Notes under the pieces: model-generated | Seen by the model: the letters and a program-made list of their open reading frames with translations, nothing else | Databases searched by the model: none | What the model was told of the DNA's origin: nothing | Translations under genes and position numbers: made by a program | Assembly: GCF_032444005.1 (NCBI RefSeq) | Contig: NC_091282.1 | Coordinates: 535,308,001 to 535,372,000, forward strand | Direction: 5' to 3' | From: Ranitomeya imitator | Taxonomy: Eukaryota | DNA length: 64,000 bases | Shown here: positions 1-12,593 of the stretch, one piece after another | How the letters are laid out: every line of letters starts with the position of its first letter | Position numbering within the stretch: position 1 is the first letter of the stretch

Positions 1-485
1 CACAGGGCACAGTGACAAACACGAAAGGGACAAGGAATAAACACAACACTTAACTTCCAGACACCTCTGCCAAGCTCCACATCACAGATGACACAGAGAC
101 AGGACTCCATACACGAGAAGTAGCTGACACCAGAGAGCTGCAACTGCACTGCTGGTCTCCATAGAGAAACTCTATCACCAACAGTCAGCTGATGCATCAG
201 GTGACCATTTAAAGGATTGTGGGAGTGGTCACACCCACATCAGCTGGCCCAGCAACTCTGCAGTTACAGCTCATTGCCAGTGGGGAAAAACTGACATTAA
301 CTTTCACTGGTGCTGAAAGGAAGAAAGCTACATTTAAAACAGGGTGGAACCAGAGCTGCCACGAATCCAAATATGGATCTCGACGACACCATGTGGAAAC
401 TTTATTACGAAAGCCACATGTTGTGAACCGCCTTTTACCTGCTGGAATCCCCAGTGCCTTTTCAGATTTGTAGTCCCGTGCAACA
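1..485 (-). mobile_element. Possible LTR fragment, cut by the window edge
   Basis: Ends in ...CCCGTGCAACA (TGTTG start on the minus strand), like the solo LTR termini at 22291 and 24454. The other end and any TSD are not visible. Confidence 0.3.
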
Positions 486-533
486 CTATTGTTGTGGCAT
501 GACCTATTTTTGATCCTACTAATCAAGAGAGTT

Positions 534-1211
534 AAGTATAAAGAATATCGGTGGCGCTTGCTACACTCCTTCCTTGCAGCAGATATTGTCACAGTACCAC
601 TTGTCTGCGTTGTATACTAAAAGTAATATAAATAATGATATATCCGCGCTAGGAATAATACCCTTTCATTTGTATAAAACAATAGACCAAGAAATAGCCT
701 GTCAGATCTTAATTACCAATCAGCCCCACTTCTATCTATGGTTGTACCTTTTAAACACAGTGTAGACCTTCAGTATTTTTCCATTCGGTTTTACCCACTG
801 GGCGCTTTTCAATGTGAATTTTCGTCACAATTTGGATACTCCTGTGATCCGGTTATTTTCTCTCTGTTACGTCGCTTGGAGAAGTCCTCCTGATATAGCC
901 GGACCTTCAGGTAAACTCAAGAGCTTCGGCGGGCGGTGAACGCTGCTCCGGCCGGAAGCAGCGCTCTAACACAGCCGCTGTTTGTGCTTAAGCAGCATGG
1001 GGTGGCTGCGCGCTGTAGAAGTTAGCCGCTAGGTCTCCCGACAATGCAGGAAAAATACTGAAGGTCTACACTGTGTTTAAAAGGTACAACCATAGATAGA
1101 AGTGGGGCTGATTGGTAATTAAGATCTGACAGGCTATTTCTTGGTCTATTGTTTTATACAAATGAAAGGGTATTATTCCTAGCGCGGATATATCATTATT
1201 TATATTACTTT
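534..1211. mobile_element. Insertion with 14-bp TSD and internal inverted duplication (Penelope-like or other TPRT insertion)
   Basis: TAATCAAGAGAGTT occurs at both 520-533 and 1212-1225. The insert contains 165-bp inverted arms. Confidence 0.55.
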
Positions 1212-1213
1212 TA
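618..1213. repeat. Perfect 165-bp inverted repeat (618-782 / 1049-1213) with 266-bp spacer
   Basis: Base-by-base reverse-complement identity. This explains the identical peptides of ORFs 574..765(+) and 1066..1269(-). Confidence 0.97.
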
Positions 1214-3327
1214 ATCAAGAGAGTTGCCAAGGATTCTGGCAGGAAGAAGAGCTCCCGTCCAATTGCCATGGATCAATGGCATGCTCACTGGAACCCAACC
1301 TTGCAAATTGATTCTCTCATCTACCTAGTATATGAGCCCATTGGCTCCTTCTAAGAGCTGTATACGGTATATGGACACAGCTACTTCTGTGGTGAACAAG
1401 ATCTCACATGGACCAAATTGTAAATTGTAAATGCTTGTATATTACAATTTTAGAGCACACATGCGGCTTGGTCAGTGCTGCTTTACATCAATAAAGAAAA
1501 CTCCCCCTTTTATATAACAGAAAAAATGAAACCAACAGGATTTCACAGTGAGCGAAAATATTTTATTGATGATGTTTTTGATTAAAAATAAAACCAAATT
1601 AATTTTGCATTAATGCATTCATAGCTTCCAAAAATATTTCATGGTTGAACTACGAGTATGTCAATTATAGGTTGTAGAAAAGCACTGGTACTGGTTAAAT
1701 GATGGCATACACAATTATGTTAAAATCTTATCTTGGAAAAAATCACTTTTCATATAAAAAAAAAAATTACATTTGATTTTAACAATTCACACCAATGCTA
1801 TATAACATTTTAATGAAAATTACTCTCTGTACATAAAACTGATGTATAAACACATGATAGAAAAGTTTCGGTACATTTCAGGTTTTTGTTTCCATACCTG
1901 CACACTTCCATTATCTCAGAGGATTGTACAGGGGCAGAGAAGTGCTTGTGAATATTCAGAAGCTTTCTTAAAAAATATACAAATGACTGTAAGTGGACGG
2001 TGCACTCTGACCTATGTATCTAATGGGGCATCGCACTGAACCGGAGGTTATAGAATATCAATTATTAATACTTCCTTCTCCACTATTATTCTAATTATTT
2101 TATTGCCCTGGAGCTGCTGGTTACCGAGGACCTCATTTGGACCCAATAAATAAATTATGTAGGCCATGCACATTTTAATATCCACATTTCTTAAGTCATC
2201 GTGCTAAGATACAACACTATCTGTCTTGGTGGTTTAAGAAACCAATACAACAAAAATTGCCACAACTATAATTTCATGATTTTATGACTGGAACGCTGAA
2301 CTGTTTGTTGGAGATTCTAGAGATTCACTAAATACAGACCTGGACATGTCTACGTGTGTTTTGCACAGACATATGGTCCGTGGAAAACATGGGGTTAGGT
2401 GGCTGTTAGACATTTCGGTGATGGGAGATAAACCTGGAGTATTGCTTTTTTGCATATAGGACTAAAAAGGATTAATCAGCAATGACAGGTTGATTATGAG
2501 CAGCTAAATGGCTGCTCCCCATATCTCCACCCCTGGGTGTGATTCACTTAATAAAATGAGGCCTGTTTGTCTCACACATGCTGTGTGTATGGAGGTGTGC
2601 AGATCTCCTGGAATGAGTGCCTTTGCTAAAGTACTAAAAAGCTGGATTCTAAACCAGGTGGCTAACCTGCACTATTGTATGGACTTATTACTTTATGTTT
2701 TATTTAATCCTGGACAAAGGCCGTATTTAAGTTTTCCTGTGATGTAGTTTATGAGGACTGAAATAAACAAGCTGGACTTTAATTAGAAACAGTTCCTGTG
2801 ATACCTCAGATTGCTATCAAGTGAGTAGCATTGTCACAATCTGCATGTGAGTAGCACCATAGTATATATTGGGTACATGTTGTATGTGTGAAAAAAATGG
2901 ATACAACACATACATGCGAAACAGATGTATGAATGAAACCTAACATATCGGCATGTCTGTGCTGTACTGATCTATATTATAGCACACATAGAAATATTAT
3001 TCAAGGAGAATCCGAAGGACCCATACAGCCAAGCTTCGAGAGCCTATGGCTCTCTAATACAAAACCTCTGGGGACAATAAATGCCACCATCCAAGCTTCC
3101 GTAAACAAGACTTTGCCTTGTTCAAGTGGACATCATGTGCCTAAATATTTGGTATCCTCATCAGTATCCTAAACTAATTCCGTAAACATGAATTTCTATT
3201 GTCTATGTTAATAATATCATGTAGAAACAATACAGATATTATAAAAAAGATTAATTGCTATTCTAGTCTAAGCCAAAACCACATAAAAACTGTATAGCAG
3301 AAAAAAAAGACCTATGCCAGAGATCTA

Positions 3328-3540
3328 CTGTATTTTTAGGACTATAAGATGCACTTTTTCCTCCAAAAATGTGTAGGAAAATGGGATTGTGTTTTATAGT
3401 CAGTATGTACCTGCTCTATTTGTGGTGGAGAGGTGGGAAAGCGGCAGTGATGGAGCAGCGGGTCACAGAGGAAGGAGCCAGCTTCTGCAGCTAAAGCCTG
3501 CGCCCGCTGCTAAAGAGAAATTACTACCGTATTTATTGCT
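3328..3540 (+). mobile_element. Tc2/pogo-type MITE left-end fragment
   Basis: Starts CTGTATTTTTAGGACTATAAGATGCAC, resembling the CCGTATTTTCCGGCGTATAAGAC terminus seen inverted at about 8187-8210. Confidence 0.4.
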
Positions 3541-3599
3541 TTCCACGCACATGGGCGGGGAGGGGTAATCTTTACAACTTATATTAATAGGATCAATGT

Positions 3600-3851
3600 A
3601 AAACTACAAATAATGAATGGAGGAAAATCCTGAAACAAGAATTGAAACACTCCCATCCGGCTAAAAAATCGTTTACAATCTGTGATACTTGTAAAAGGGG
3701 GTGTTACTAGGTACTTAACATGCAGGGTGCCCAAACTTTTGCATCAGCTTTAACTTTAGGCCTTTTAGAGCTCATTTCAGCTTCAACTTGCTTAACTGTT
3801 CACAAGAACAGTCATTTTGACCAGGGGTGCCCAAACTTTTACATACCACTG
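3600..3851 (+). mobile_element. Tc1-like element 3' end remnant
   Basis: Repeated GGGTGCCCAAACTTTT motif (inner/outer direct repeats), terminating in ...CACTG followed by TA. Confidence 0.55.
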
Positions 3852-4404
3852 TAATCTATTGTTCGTGATTATCAGCCAGCCCAAGCAATTAATCGCTGTG
3901 ATCATTACTTTATAGCTCATATCTTTGAGAACCTTCAGTGTGATGTCCCCTCTTACATATTGTGAAAACTCTGAAAATGGCTAAGCTGCTGGAGTGGAAA
4001 GAGAATGTATCCCTTTACTCAATTCAGCCTTTTGCTATGGGGCTCATTGATTTCTGTATAAGCCTCTGGAATTATATAGACAGGCAAATTAGAAAAAGGG
4101 CATAGATATTCTTCAGATGTAAATAATACAATTCCAATACATATTTACATTACTGAAATAAAAAAAATGAAAAGAATGCTGAATATTTCTTCCAGATTGT
4201 AGATAAATATACTTTAGGATAAATTTGGATGTGTTCCCATATAAAGTAACACACTGTGTTTATTGCACATGTTCTCATTTTCATGTCTCCACCCAGAAGC
4301 CCGGTTGCTATGGTAGCACAGTATGCAGACTGCTCCAGAGAAGTAATCAGGAGGGTTTTTATCTTTAATTTAGGCTGATTGTGTTTGTATATTACTATAC
4401 TATT

Positions 4405-4418
4405 TACGTGTGTGTGTG

Positions 4419-4454
<36 letters not shown>

Positions 4455-4560
4455 GTGTATATACATGTATATATATATTTATATATAAATAGACACACAC
4501 ATACACAATATATATGTATATACTGTATACATACACACAAAACACATGCATACATACAGT
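4405..4560. repeat. Mixed (TG)n/(TA)n/(CA)n microsatellite
   Basis: Directly visible dinucleotide runs. Confidence 0.9.
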
Positions 4561-4806
4561 ATTGTAGCTCATCAAGAGAATGCCAAGAGTGTACAAAGCA
4601 GTCATCAAAGCAAAAGGTGGCTACTTTGAAGAACCTAGAATAGACATAATTTCAGTCGTTTCACACTTTTTTTGTTAAGTATATAATTCCACACGTGTTA
4701 ATTAATAGTTTTGATGCCTTCAGTGTGAATGTACAATTTTCATAGTCATGAAAATACAGAAAAGTCTTTAAATGAGAAGGTGTGTCCAAACTTTTGGTCT
4801 GTACTG
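4556..4806 (+). mobile_element. Tc1-like 3' end fragment
   Basis: Transposase C-terminal remnant (RMPRVYKAVIKAKGGYFEEPR) followed by a terminus ...GTCCAAACTTTTGGTCTGTACTG and TA. Confidence 0.75.
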
Positions 4807-5090
4807 TATACATAACATATATAAACACACACATACACATTTATATACACTACCGTGTAAAAATTTAGGGTTACTTAGAAATTTCCTTATTTTTGAAAGA
4901 AAAGCACAGCTTTTTTCCAATGAAGCTAACATTAAATGATTCATAAATACACTCTATACATTGCTAATGTGGGAAATGACTATTGTAGCTGCAAACGTCT
5001 GGTTTGTAATGCAATATCTTCATAGGTGTATAGAGGCCCATTTCCAACAACCATCACTCCAGTGTTCTTATGGTACTTGGTGTTTGCTAA

Positions 5091-6055
5091 AGGTACCGTC
5101 ACACTCAGCAACTTTACGAGAACGACAACGATCCGTGACGTTGCAGCGTCCTGGATAGCGATCTCGTTGTGTTTGACACGCAGCAGCGATCTGGATCCCG
5201 CTGTGATATCGCTGGTCGGAGCTAGAAGTCCAGAACTTTATTTGGTCGTCAGGTCGGCGTGTATCGTCGTGTTTGACAGCAAAAGCAACGATGCCAGCAA
5301 TGTTTTACATGGAGCTAACAACCAGCTACAACGATAAGTGAGTCGCCGTTACGTCACAGTATCGCTCCTGCATCGTTCTGGAGCTGCTGTGTTTGACGTC
5401 TCTCTAGACCGCACATGGAGTACTGTGTCCAGTTTTGGGCACCGGTGCTCAGGAAGGATATAATGGAACTAGAGAGAGTACAAAGGAGGGCAACAAAATT
5501 AATAAAGGGGATGGGAGAACTACAATACCCAGATAGATTAGCGAAATTAGGATTATTTAGTCTAGAAAAAAGACGACTGAGGGGCGATCTAATAACCATG
5601 TATAAGTATATAAGGGGACAATACAAATATCTCGCTGAGGATCTGTTTATACCAAGGAAGGTGACGGGCACAAGGGGGCATTCTTTGCGTCTGGAGGAGA
5701 GAAGGTTTTTCCACCAACATAGAAGAGGATTCTTTACTGTTAGGGCAGTGAGAATCTGGAATTGCTTGCCTGAGGAGGTGGTGATGGCGAACTCAGTCGA
5801 GGGGTTCAAGAGAGGCCTGGATGTCTTCCTGGAGCAGAACAATATTGTATCATACAATTATTAGGTTCTGTAGAAGGACGTAGATCTGGGTATTTATTAT
5901 GATGGAATATAGGCTGAACTGGATGGACAAATGTCTTTTTTCGGCCTTACTAACTATGTTACTATGTTACTATGTTACAGTGACCTAAACAGCGACGCTG
6001 CAGCGATCGGCTCATTGTCTATATCGCTGCAGCGTCGCTGAGTGTGACGGTATCT
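5091..6055. mobile_element. PIF/Harbinger-type MITE nested in the Tc1
   Basis: TIR AGGTACCGTCACACTCAGC / GCTGAGTGTGACGGTATCT; TAA TSD at 5088-5090 and 6056-6058. Same terminal family as 49788-50539. Confidence 0.88.
5408..5978 (+). mobile_element. 5'-truncated CR1 LINE (ORF2 C-terminus plus 3' UTR) nested in the Harbinger MITE
   Basis: ORF 5415-5864 has CR1 C-terminal motifs (YCVQFWAP, LERVQRRATK, LFSLEKRRLRGDLI, TRGH, WNCLP); the 3' tail is (TATGTTAC)n. Confidence 0.93.
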
Positions 6056-6217
6056 TAACTGTGTAAGAAGGCTAATGGATGGTTTGAAAACCCTTGTGCA
6101 AGTATGTTAGCACAGCTGAAAACAGTTTGGCTGATTAGAGAAACTATAAACCTGACCTTCCTTTGAGCTAGTTGAGAATCTGAGCATTACATTTGTTGGT
6201 TCCATTAAACTCTCAAA

Positions 6218-7200
6218 ATGGCCAGAAACAAAAAAACTTTCATGTGAAACTTGACAGTCTATTCTAAACTGAAGATTTCCTACAACGGTGTGTACTACTC
6301 CCTTCAGAGTAGAGAGAGAAGTCGAAGGCCCTGCTGTACAACAAGACAAGTACATTAAACTTTATAGTCTGTAGTTTGAGAAATCGATGCCTCACAGGTC
6401 CTCAACTGGCAGCTTCATTAAATAGTATATGTAAAACGCCAGTGTCAACATCTACAGTGAAGAGGCAACTCAGGGATGCTGGCCTTCAGGGCATAGTGGC
6501 AAAGAAAAAGTCATATCTGACACTGGCTAATAAAAGGAAAAGATTAATATGGGCAAAAGAACACAGACATTGGACAGAGGAAGAGTGGAAAAAAGTGTTA
6601 TGGACAGACTAATTCAAGTTTGAGGTGTTTGGATCACACAGAACAACATTTGTGAGACGCAGAACAACTGAAAAGATGCTGGAAGAGTGCCTGACGCCAT
6701 CTGTCAAGCATGGTGGAGGTAATGTGATGGTCTGGGGTTGCTTTAGTGCTGTTACTGCTGGTAAAGTGGGAGATTTGTACAAGGTAAAAGGGATATTGAA
6801 GAAGGAAGGCTATCACTCCATTTTGCAATGCCATGCCATACCCTCTGGACTGCGCTTGATTGGAGCTAACTTCATCCTACAGCAGGACAATGACCGAAAG
6901 CACACCTCCAAATTATGCAAGAACTATTTAGGTAAGAAGCAGGCAGCTGGTGTTCTGCCTGTAATGGAGTGGCCAGCGCAGTCACCAGATCTCCACCCCA
7001 TTGAGCTGTTGTGGGAGCAGCTTGACCGTATGGTACGCAAAAAGTGCCCATCAAGCCAAACCAACTTGTGGGAGGGGCTTCTGGAAGCATGGGGTGAAAT
7101 TTCTCCAGATTACCTTAGCAAATGAACTGCTAGAATGCCAAAGGTCTGCAATGCTGGAATTGCTGCAAAGGGAGCATTCTTTGACGAAAGCAAAGTTTGA
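6218..7200 (+). pseudogene. Tc1-family transposase pseudogene (DD38E)
   Basis: VLWTD*, FILQQDND and WPAQSPDLHPIE motifs. 38 codons lie between the second D and the E (counted). In-frame stops and frameshifts are present. Confidence 0.92.
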
Positions 7201-7669
7201 AGGAGAAAATTATTATTTCAAATAAAAATCTTTTTTTCGAACCTCTTCAGTGTCTGAACTAGATTTTCAAATCATTTGGCAACTCATTTGATTAATAAAA
7301 GTATGCATTTTCATGGAAAACACAAAATTGTCTGGGTGACCCTAAACTTTTGAACGATAGTCTATAGATATATAAATACATACAAACACATACATAATAT
7401 ATTTATGTACTGAATATACTGTATACACACACATCACATACAAATTACATATAATCACACGTATCTATTATGTATGTGTTGTGTGTGTATATATACAGTA
7501 TATAGTGTGGTAGATCCACTCACTTGGCTGAACTTAAGAGGTAGACACAGGAACACTATCTTTTTAAATCTTCCACTGTTTTATTAAATGTACTGCATAA
7601 ATCAGTGTAATGTTAACAAAACAAACCTGGCCTCCGTGGCCTAACAGAGAAAACGAAAAACATAACATA

Positions 7670-8210
7670 TGGCACATGGCGCATGCTCAGATTCAGATCC
7701 CGTCCCGAGATCTCGGGAGACGAGATCTGAATCTGAGCATGCGCCGCCCCCAGCAGCCATTTTCTCGGAGGCCACCGCTTCGCAGCAATGCAGCTGCCGG
7801 GACCTCCGAGCTTTGAGGAATTGGGAAATGCTAGAGGAGTCCCGACTCTGCACAAAGATACGCCGCCCCACAGCACAGAGCCCCGACACTGCACGAAGAG
7901 GAGCCGCCGCCCTACAGCACAGCACCCACGCGGCACAAAGAGGAGCAGCCGCCGCCGCTCACAGCACAGAGACCCCACACTGCAGCTACAATTAGGTAAT
8001 GGGGGATACTCCACTCACACTTTCCTGTGAGATGCCCCCTCTTTGTCATCGGGACCACTCCCCCCCAAAAGGCACATTAGTCACCGGCCCTATAAGACTA
8101 CACATGGCATATAAGAAGACCCCCGACTTTTAAGAAGATTTTATATTTTAACTGGAAAAGTTTCGGGGTCGTCTTATATGCCCAGTCGTCTTATACGCCG
8201 GAAAATACGG
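7670..8210. mobile_element. Tc2/pogo-type non-autonomous element, right part, with palindrome at 7678-7745
   Basis: Ends GTCGTCTTATACGCCGGAAAATACGG; contains a near-perfect 68-bp palindrome centred on AGATCT. Confidence 0.55.
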
Positions 8211-8562
8211 GACAATGTTTTATAATTGGTTTTTTTCAATTTACTTTTCCATCTAAAGCGCTAAAACAGGAAACAAAAAATCCTAAGTGAGAAGAAATGG
8301 TGAAAAAAAAATTAGACCATTGTTTTAAGTGTTTTGTTCTTCCAAGATTTATTGCGTGGTAAAACTGACTTGGTAACATGATTCTCAAGGTCGGTAGTGT
8401 TACGGCAATACAACATTTTTAGTCTTTTTAATATTTTACTGCTTGTAAAAAATGCAGAACTGTATAATAAAAGATTTGATTTGCGTCATCATTTACGATA
8501 ATATTTTGATTTTTCCATTAGTGGAGCTGTAGGAGGACTTCAATGCAGAGCTGATATTATTG

Positions 8563-9053
8563 TTAAAGGAAATCTGTCACCAAATTATTTTTGTGTGCAT
8601 GTAGCTCTTTCAAAGACAAATCCAGCATTATATTTCCTTAAGTCCGTTCTTTTTTTCCTGAGAAATCAGTGTTTGAATTGATGGGCAAATGAGGCTGAAG
8701 TGCTTTTGGTGCCGGGAAACTTTTCTCAAGCTTCTGTCACTCCAGGTCTATTCTGTGCTCAGCGCTGCCTCCTCCTGCTTGACTGACAGCTTCTTTGCTG
8801 TGTGACTTCAGGCAAAGTAGTCGTCAGTGAAGCAGGAGGAGGTGACGCTAGACGGGGAATAGAGCTGGAGTGACAGAGGCTTCAGATCTCAATAACTCTT
8901 CAGCCTCATTTGCATATCAATTCAAATGCTGATTTCTCAGTAACAGAGGAGCTGATTGAACATATAAAGTTATTGCTGGACTTGTCTTTGAAAAAGTTAC
9001 ATGCACATGTAAATAGTTTGGAGGCTGAAATCCTGAGGACAGATTCCTTTTAA
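8563..9053. mobile_element. T2/Kolobok-type MITE
   Basis: TTAA-AGGAAATCTGTCAC ... GACAGATTCCT-TTAA, with long imperfect internal inverted arms. Confidence 0.8.
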
Positions 9054-9296
9054 TTCTATTTTTTGCTACATACATATATTTTTCTGATTGCTTTTATTCA
9101 GCAATTCTGATGTTTAACTTTTTTTCTTACTATGTTTAGCTTAATAAGAGTAGTCACAATATGACAGTGATGGGGACCTTTGGTTGGCCCCAGCTTCCAT
9201 AGAATCCAATTGTCTCCCTGTGAAATTGGGCAGGGTGCGGTAGGCCACACTGTCCCATTAAGCTCCATCTTTCTTTTGGAATATGGTCACTTTTAA

Positions 9297-12200
9297 CCCC
9301 TTTCTGACATTAGACGTACTATCCCGTCGAGGTGGGGTGGGCCCGTATGACCACCGACGGGATAGTACGTCATACGCGATCGGCCTCGCTCACGGGGGAA
9401 TCGCGGCCGGGTGTCAGCTGCCTATCGCAGCTGACATCCGGCGCTATGTGCCAGGAGCGGTCACGGACCGCCCCCGGCACATTAACCACCGGCACACCAC
9501 GATCAAACATGATCGCGGTGTTCCGGCGGTACAGGGAAGCATCGCGCAGGGAGGGGGGTTCCCTGCTGGCATCCCTGAGACCCCTGCAGCAACGCTCCCT
9601 CCCTGTAGCTACCTCCCTCCCTGTAGCAGGCCCGGATCCAAGATGGCCACGGCATCCGGGTCCTGCAGGGAGTAAGGTGGCTTACCAAGTGTCTGCTCAG
9701 AGCAGGCGCTTGGTAAGCCTGGAGTTCTGTAAGGCAGATCGCTGATCTGACAGAGTGCTGTGCAATCTGTCAGATCAACGATCTGTGATGTCCACCCCCC
9801 CCCGGGACAAAGTAAAAAAAAAATTTCCAAATGTGTAAAAAAAAAATAAATAAAAAAAAAATTTTTTTTCCTAAATAATGAAAAAAAAATAATATTCCCA
9901 TAAATACATTTCTTTGTCTAAATAAAAAAAAAACAATAAAAGTACACATATTTAGTATCGCCGCGTCCGTAACGGCCCGACCTATAAAACAACTGGCCCA
10001 CTAATTAGCCCCTTCAGTAAACACCGTAAGAAAAAAAAAAAAAAAAGAGGCAAAAACGCTTTATCATACCGCCGAAGAAAAAGTGGAATAACACGCGATC
10101 AAAAAGACAGATATAAATAACCATGGTACTGCTGAAAACGTCATCTTGTCCCGCAAAAAACGAGCCGCCATACAGCATCATCAGCAAAAAAATAAAAAAG
10201 TTATAGTCCTGAGAATAAAGCGATGCAAAAATAATTATTTTTTCTATAAAATAGTTTTTATCGTATAAAAGCGCCAAAACATAAAAAAATAATATAATTG
10301 AGGTGTCACTGTAATCGTACTGACCCGAAGAATAAAACTGCTTAACTCATTTTACCAATCGCGGAACGGTATAAACACCTCCCCCAAAAGAAATTCATGA
10401 ATAGCTGGTTTTTGGTCATTCTGCCTCACAAAAATCGGAATAAAAAGCGATCAAAAAATTGCAACGTGCCCGAAAATGTTACCAATAAAAACGTCAACTC
10501 GTCCCGCAAAAAATAAGACCTCACATGACTCTGTGGACCAAAATATGGAAAAATTATAGCTCTCAAAATGTGGTAACGCAAAAAATATTTTTTGCAATAA
10601 AAAGCGTCTTTCAGTGTGTGACGGCTGCCAATCATAAAAATCCGCTAAAAAACGCTATAAAAGTAAATCAAACCCCCCTTCATCACCCCCTTAGTTAGGG
10701 AAAAATAAAAAAAAATGTATTTATTTCCATTTTCCCGTTAGGGTTAGGGTTAGGGTTGGGGCTAGGGTTAAGGCTACAGTTAGGGTTGGGGCTAAAGTTA
10801 GGGTTAGGGTTGGGGCAAAAGTTACGGTTAGGGTTTAGATTACATTTACGGTTGGGAATAGGGTTGGGATTAGGGTTAGGGGTGTGTCAAGGTTAGAGGT
10901 GTGGTTGGGGTTACTGTTGGGATTAGCGTTAGGGGTGTGTTTGGATTAGGGTTTCAGTTATAATTGGGGGGTTTCCACTGTTTAGGCACATCAGGGGCTG
11001 TCCAAACGCGACATGGCATCCGATCTCAATTCCAGCCAATTCTGCGTTGAAATAGTAAATCAGTGCTCCTTCCCTTCCGAGCTCTCCCTTGTGCCCAAAT
11101 AGGGGTTTACCCCAACATATGGGGTATCAACTCAGGACAAATAGGACAACAACTTTTGGGGTCCAAATTCTCCTGTTACCCTTGGGAAAATACAAAACTG
11201 GGGGCTAAAAAATAATTTTTGTGGGAAAGAAAAAGATTTTTTAATTTCACAGCTCTGCGTTATAAACTGTAGTGAAACACTTGGGGGCTCAAAGTTCTCA
11301 CAACACATCTAGATAAGTTCCTTTGGGGGTCTAGTTTCCAATATGGGGTCACTTGTGGGGGGTTTCTACGGTTTAGCTACATTAGGGGCTCTGCAAACGC
11401 AATGTGACGCCTGCAGACCATTCCATCTAAGTCTGCATTCCAAATGGCGCTCCTTTCCTTCCGAGCCCTCCCATGCGCCCAGTGGTTCCCCGCCACATAT
11501 GGGGTATCAGCGCACTCAGGACAAATTAGACAACAAATTTTGGGGTCCAATTTCTCCTGTTACTCTCGGGAAAATACAAAACTGGGGCTAAAAAATAATT
11601 TTTGTGGGAAAAAATTTTTGTTTTATTTTACGGCTCTGCATTATAAACTTCTGTGAAGCCCTTGGTGGGTCAAAGCGCTCACCACACATCTAGATAAGTT
11701 CCAAAATGGTGTCACTTGTGGGGGGTTTCAATGTTTAGGCACATCAGTGGCTCTCCAAACGCAACATGGCGTCCCATCTCCATTCCTGTCAATTTTGCAT
11801 TGAAAAGTCAAACGGCGCGCCTTCCCTTCCGAGCTCTGCCATGCGCCCAAACAGTTGTTTTCCCCGACATATGGGGTATTAGCATACTCCGGACAAATTG
11901 TACAACAACTTTTGGGGTCCATTTTCTCCTGTTACCCTTGGTAAAATAAAACAAATTGGAGCTGAAGTAAATTTTTTGTGAAAAAAGTTAAATGTTCATT
12001 TTTATTTAAACATTCCAAAAATTTCTGTGAAGCACCAGAAGGGTTAATAAACTTCTTGAATATGGTTTTGAGCACCTTGAGGGGTGCAGTTTTTAGAATG
12101 GTGTCACACTTGGGTATTTTCTATCATATAGACCCCTCAAAATGACTTCAAATGAGATGTGGTCCCTAAAAAAAAAATGGTGTTGTAAAAATGAGAAATT

Positions 12201-12593
12201 GCTGATCAACTTTTAACCCTTAAAACTCCCTAACCAAAAAAAATTTTGGTTCCAAAATTGTGCTGATGTAAAGTAGACATGAGGGAAATGTTACTTATTA
12301 AGTATTTTGTGTGACATATCTCTGTGATTTAATTTCATAAAAATTTAAAGTTGGAAAATTGCGAAATTTTCCAAATTTTCGCCAAATTTCTGTTTTTTTC
12401 ACAAATAAATGCATGTAATATCAAAGAAATTTTACGACTATCATGAAGTACAATATGTCACGAGAAAACATTGTCAGAATCACTGGGATCCGTTGAAGCG
12501 TTCCAGAGTTTTAACCTCATAAAGGGACAGTGGTCAGAATTGTAAAAATTGGCCCGGTCATTAACGTGCAAACCACCCTTGGGGGTAAAGGGG
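9297..12593 (+). mobile_element. piggyBac-like non-autonomous TTAA element (copy 1)
   Basis: TTAA at 9293-9296 and 12594-12597; termini CCCCTTT...AAAGGGG; internal TTAGGG-variant array and three ~385-bp units; no transposase ORF. Confidence 0.85.
10738..10960 (+). repeat. Degenerate telomere-like (TTAGGG/TTGGGG)n array inside a transposon
   Basis: Directly visible. A homologous array lies at 60745-60965 and an inverted one at 53410-54281. Confidence 0.9.

Larger units (their letters stand above)
4848..7362 (+). mobile_element. Tc1/mariner element, DD38E (Intruder-type), degenerate, with nested insertions
   Basis: Imperfect TIRs (CACTACCGTGTAAAAATTTAGGGTTAC / GTGACCCTAAACTTTTGAACGATAGTC) flanked by TA, with an internal transposase relic. 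Confidence 0.9.

Noticed and set aside
574-1269. Two ORFs with identical peptides suggesting a duplicated gene
   Set aside because: Simple consequence of the 165-bp inverted repeat; no domain or splice support.
4304-4317. RFX X-box-like motif GTTGCTATGGTAGC
   Set aside because: A single imperfect 14-mer with no promoter, CpG island or gene context.
7678-7745. 68-bp near-perfect palindrome as a structured RNA
   Set aside because: It lies in a GC-rich MITE interior, where such central palindromes are routine.
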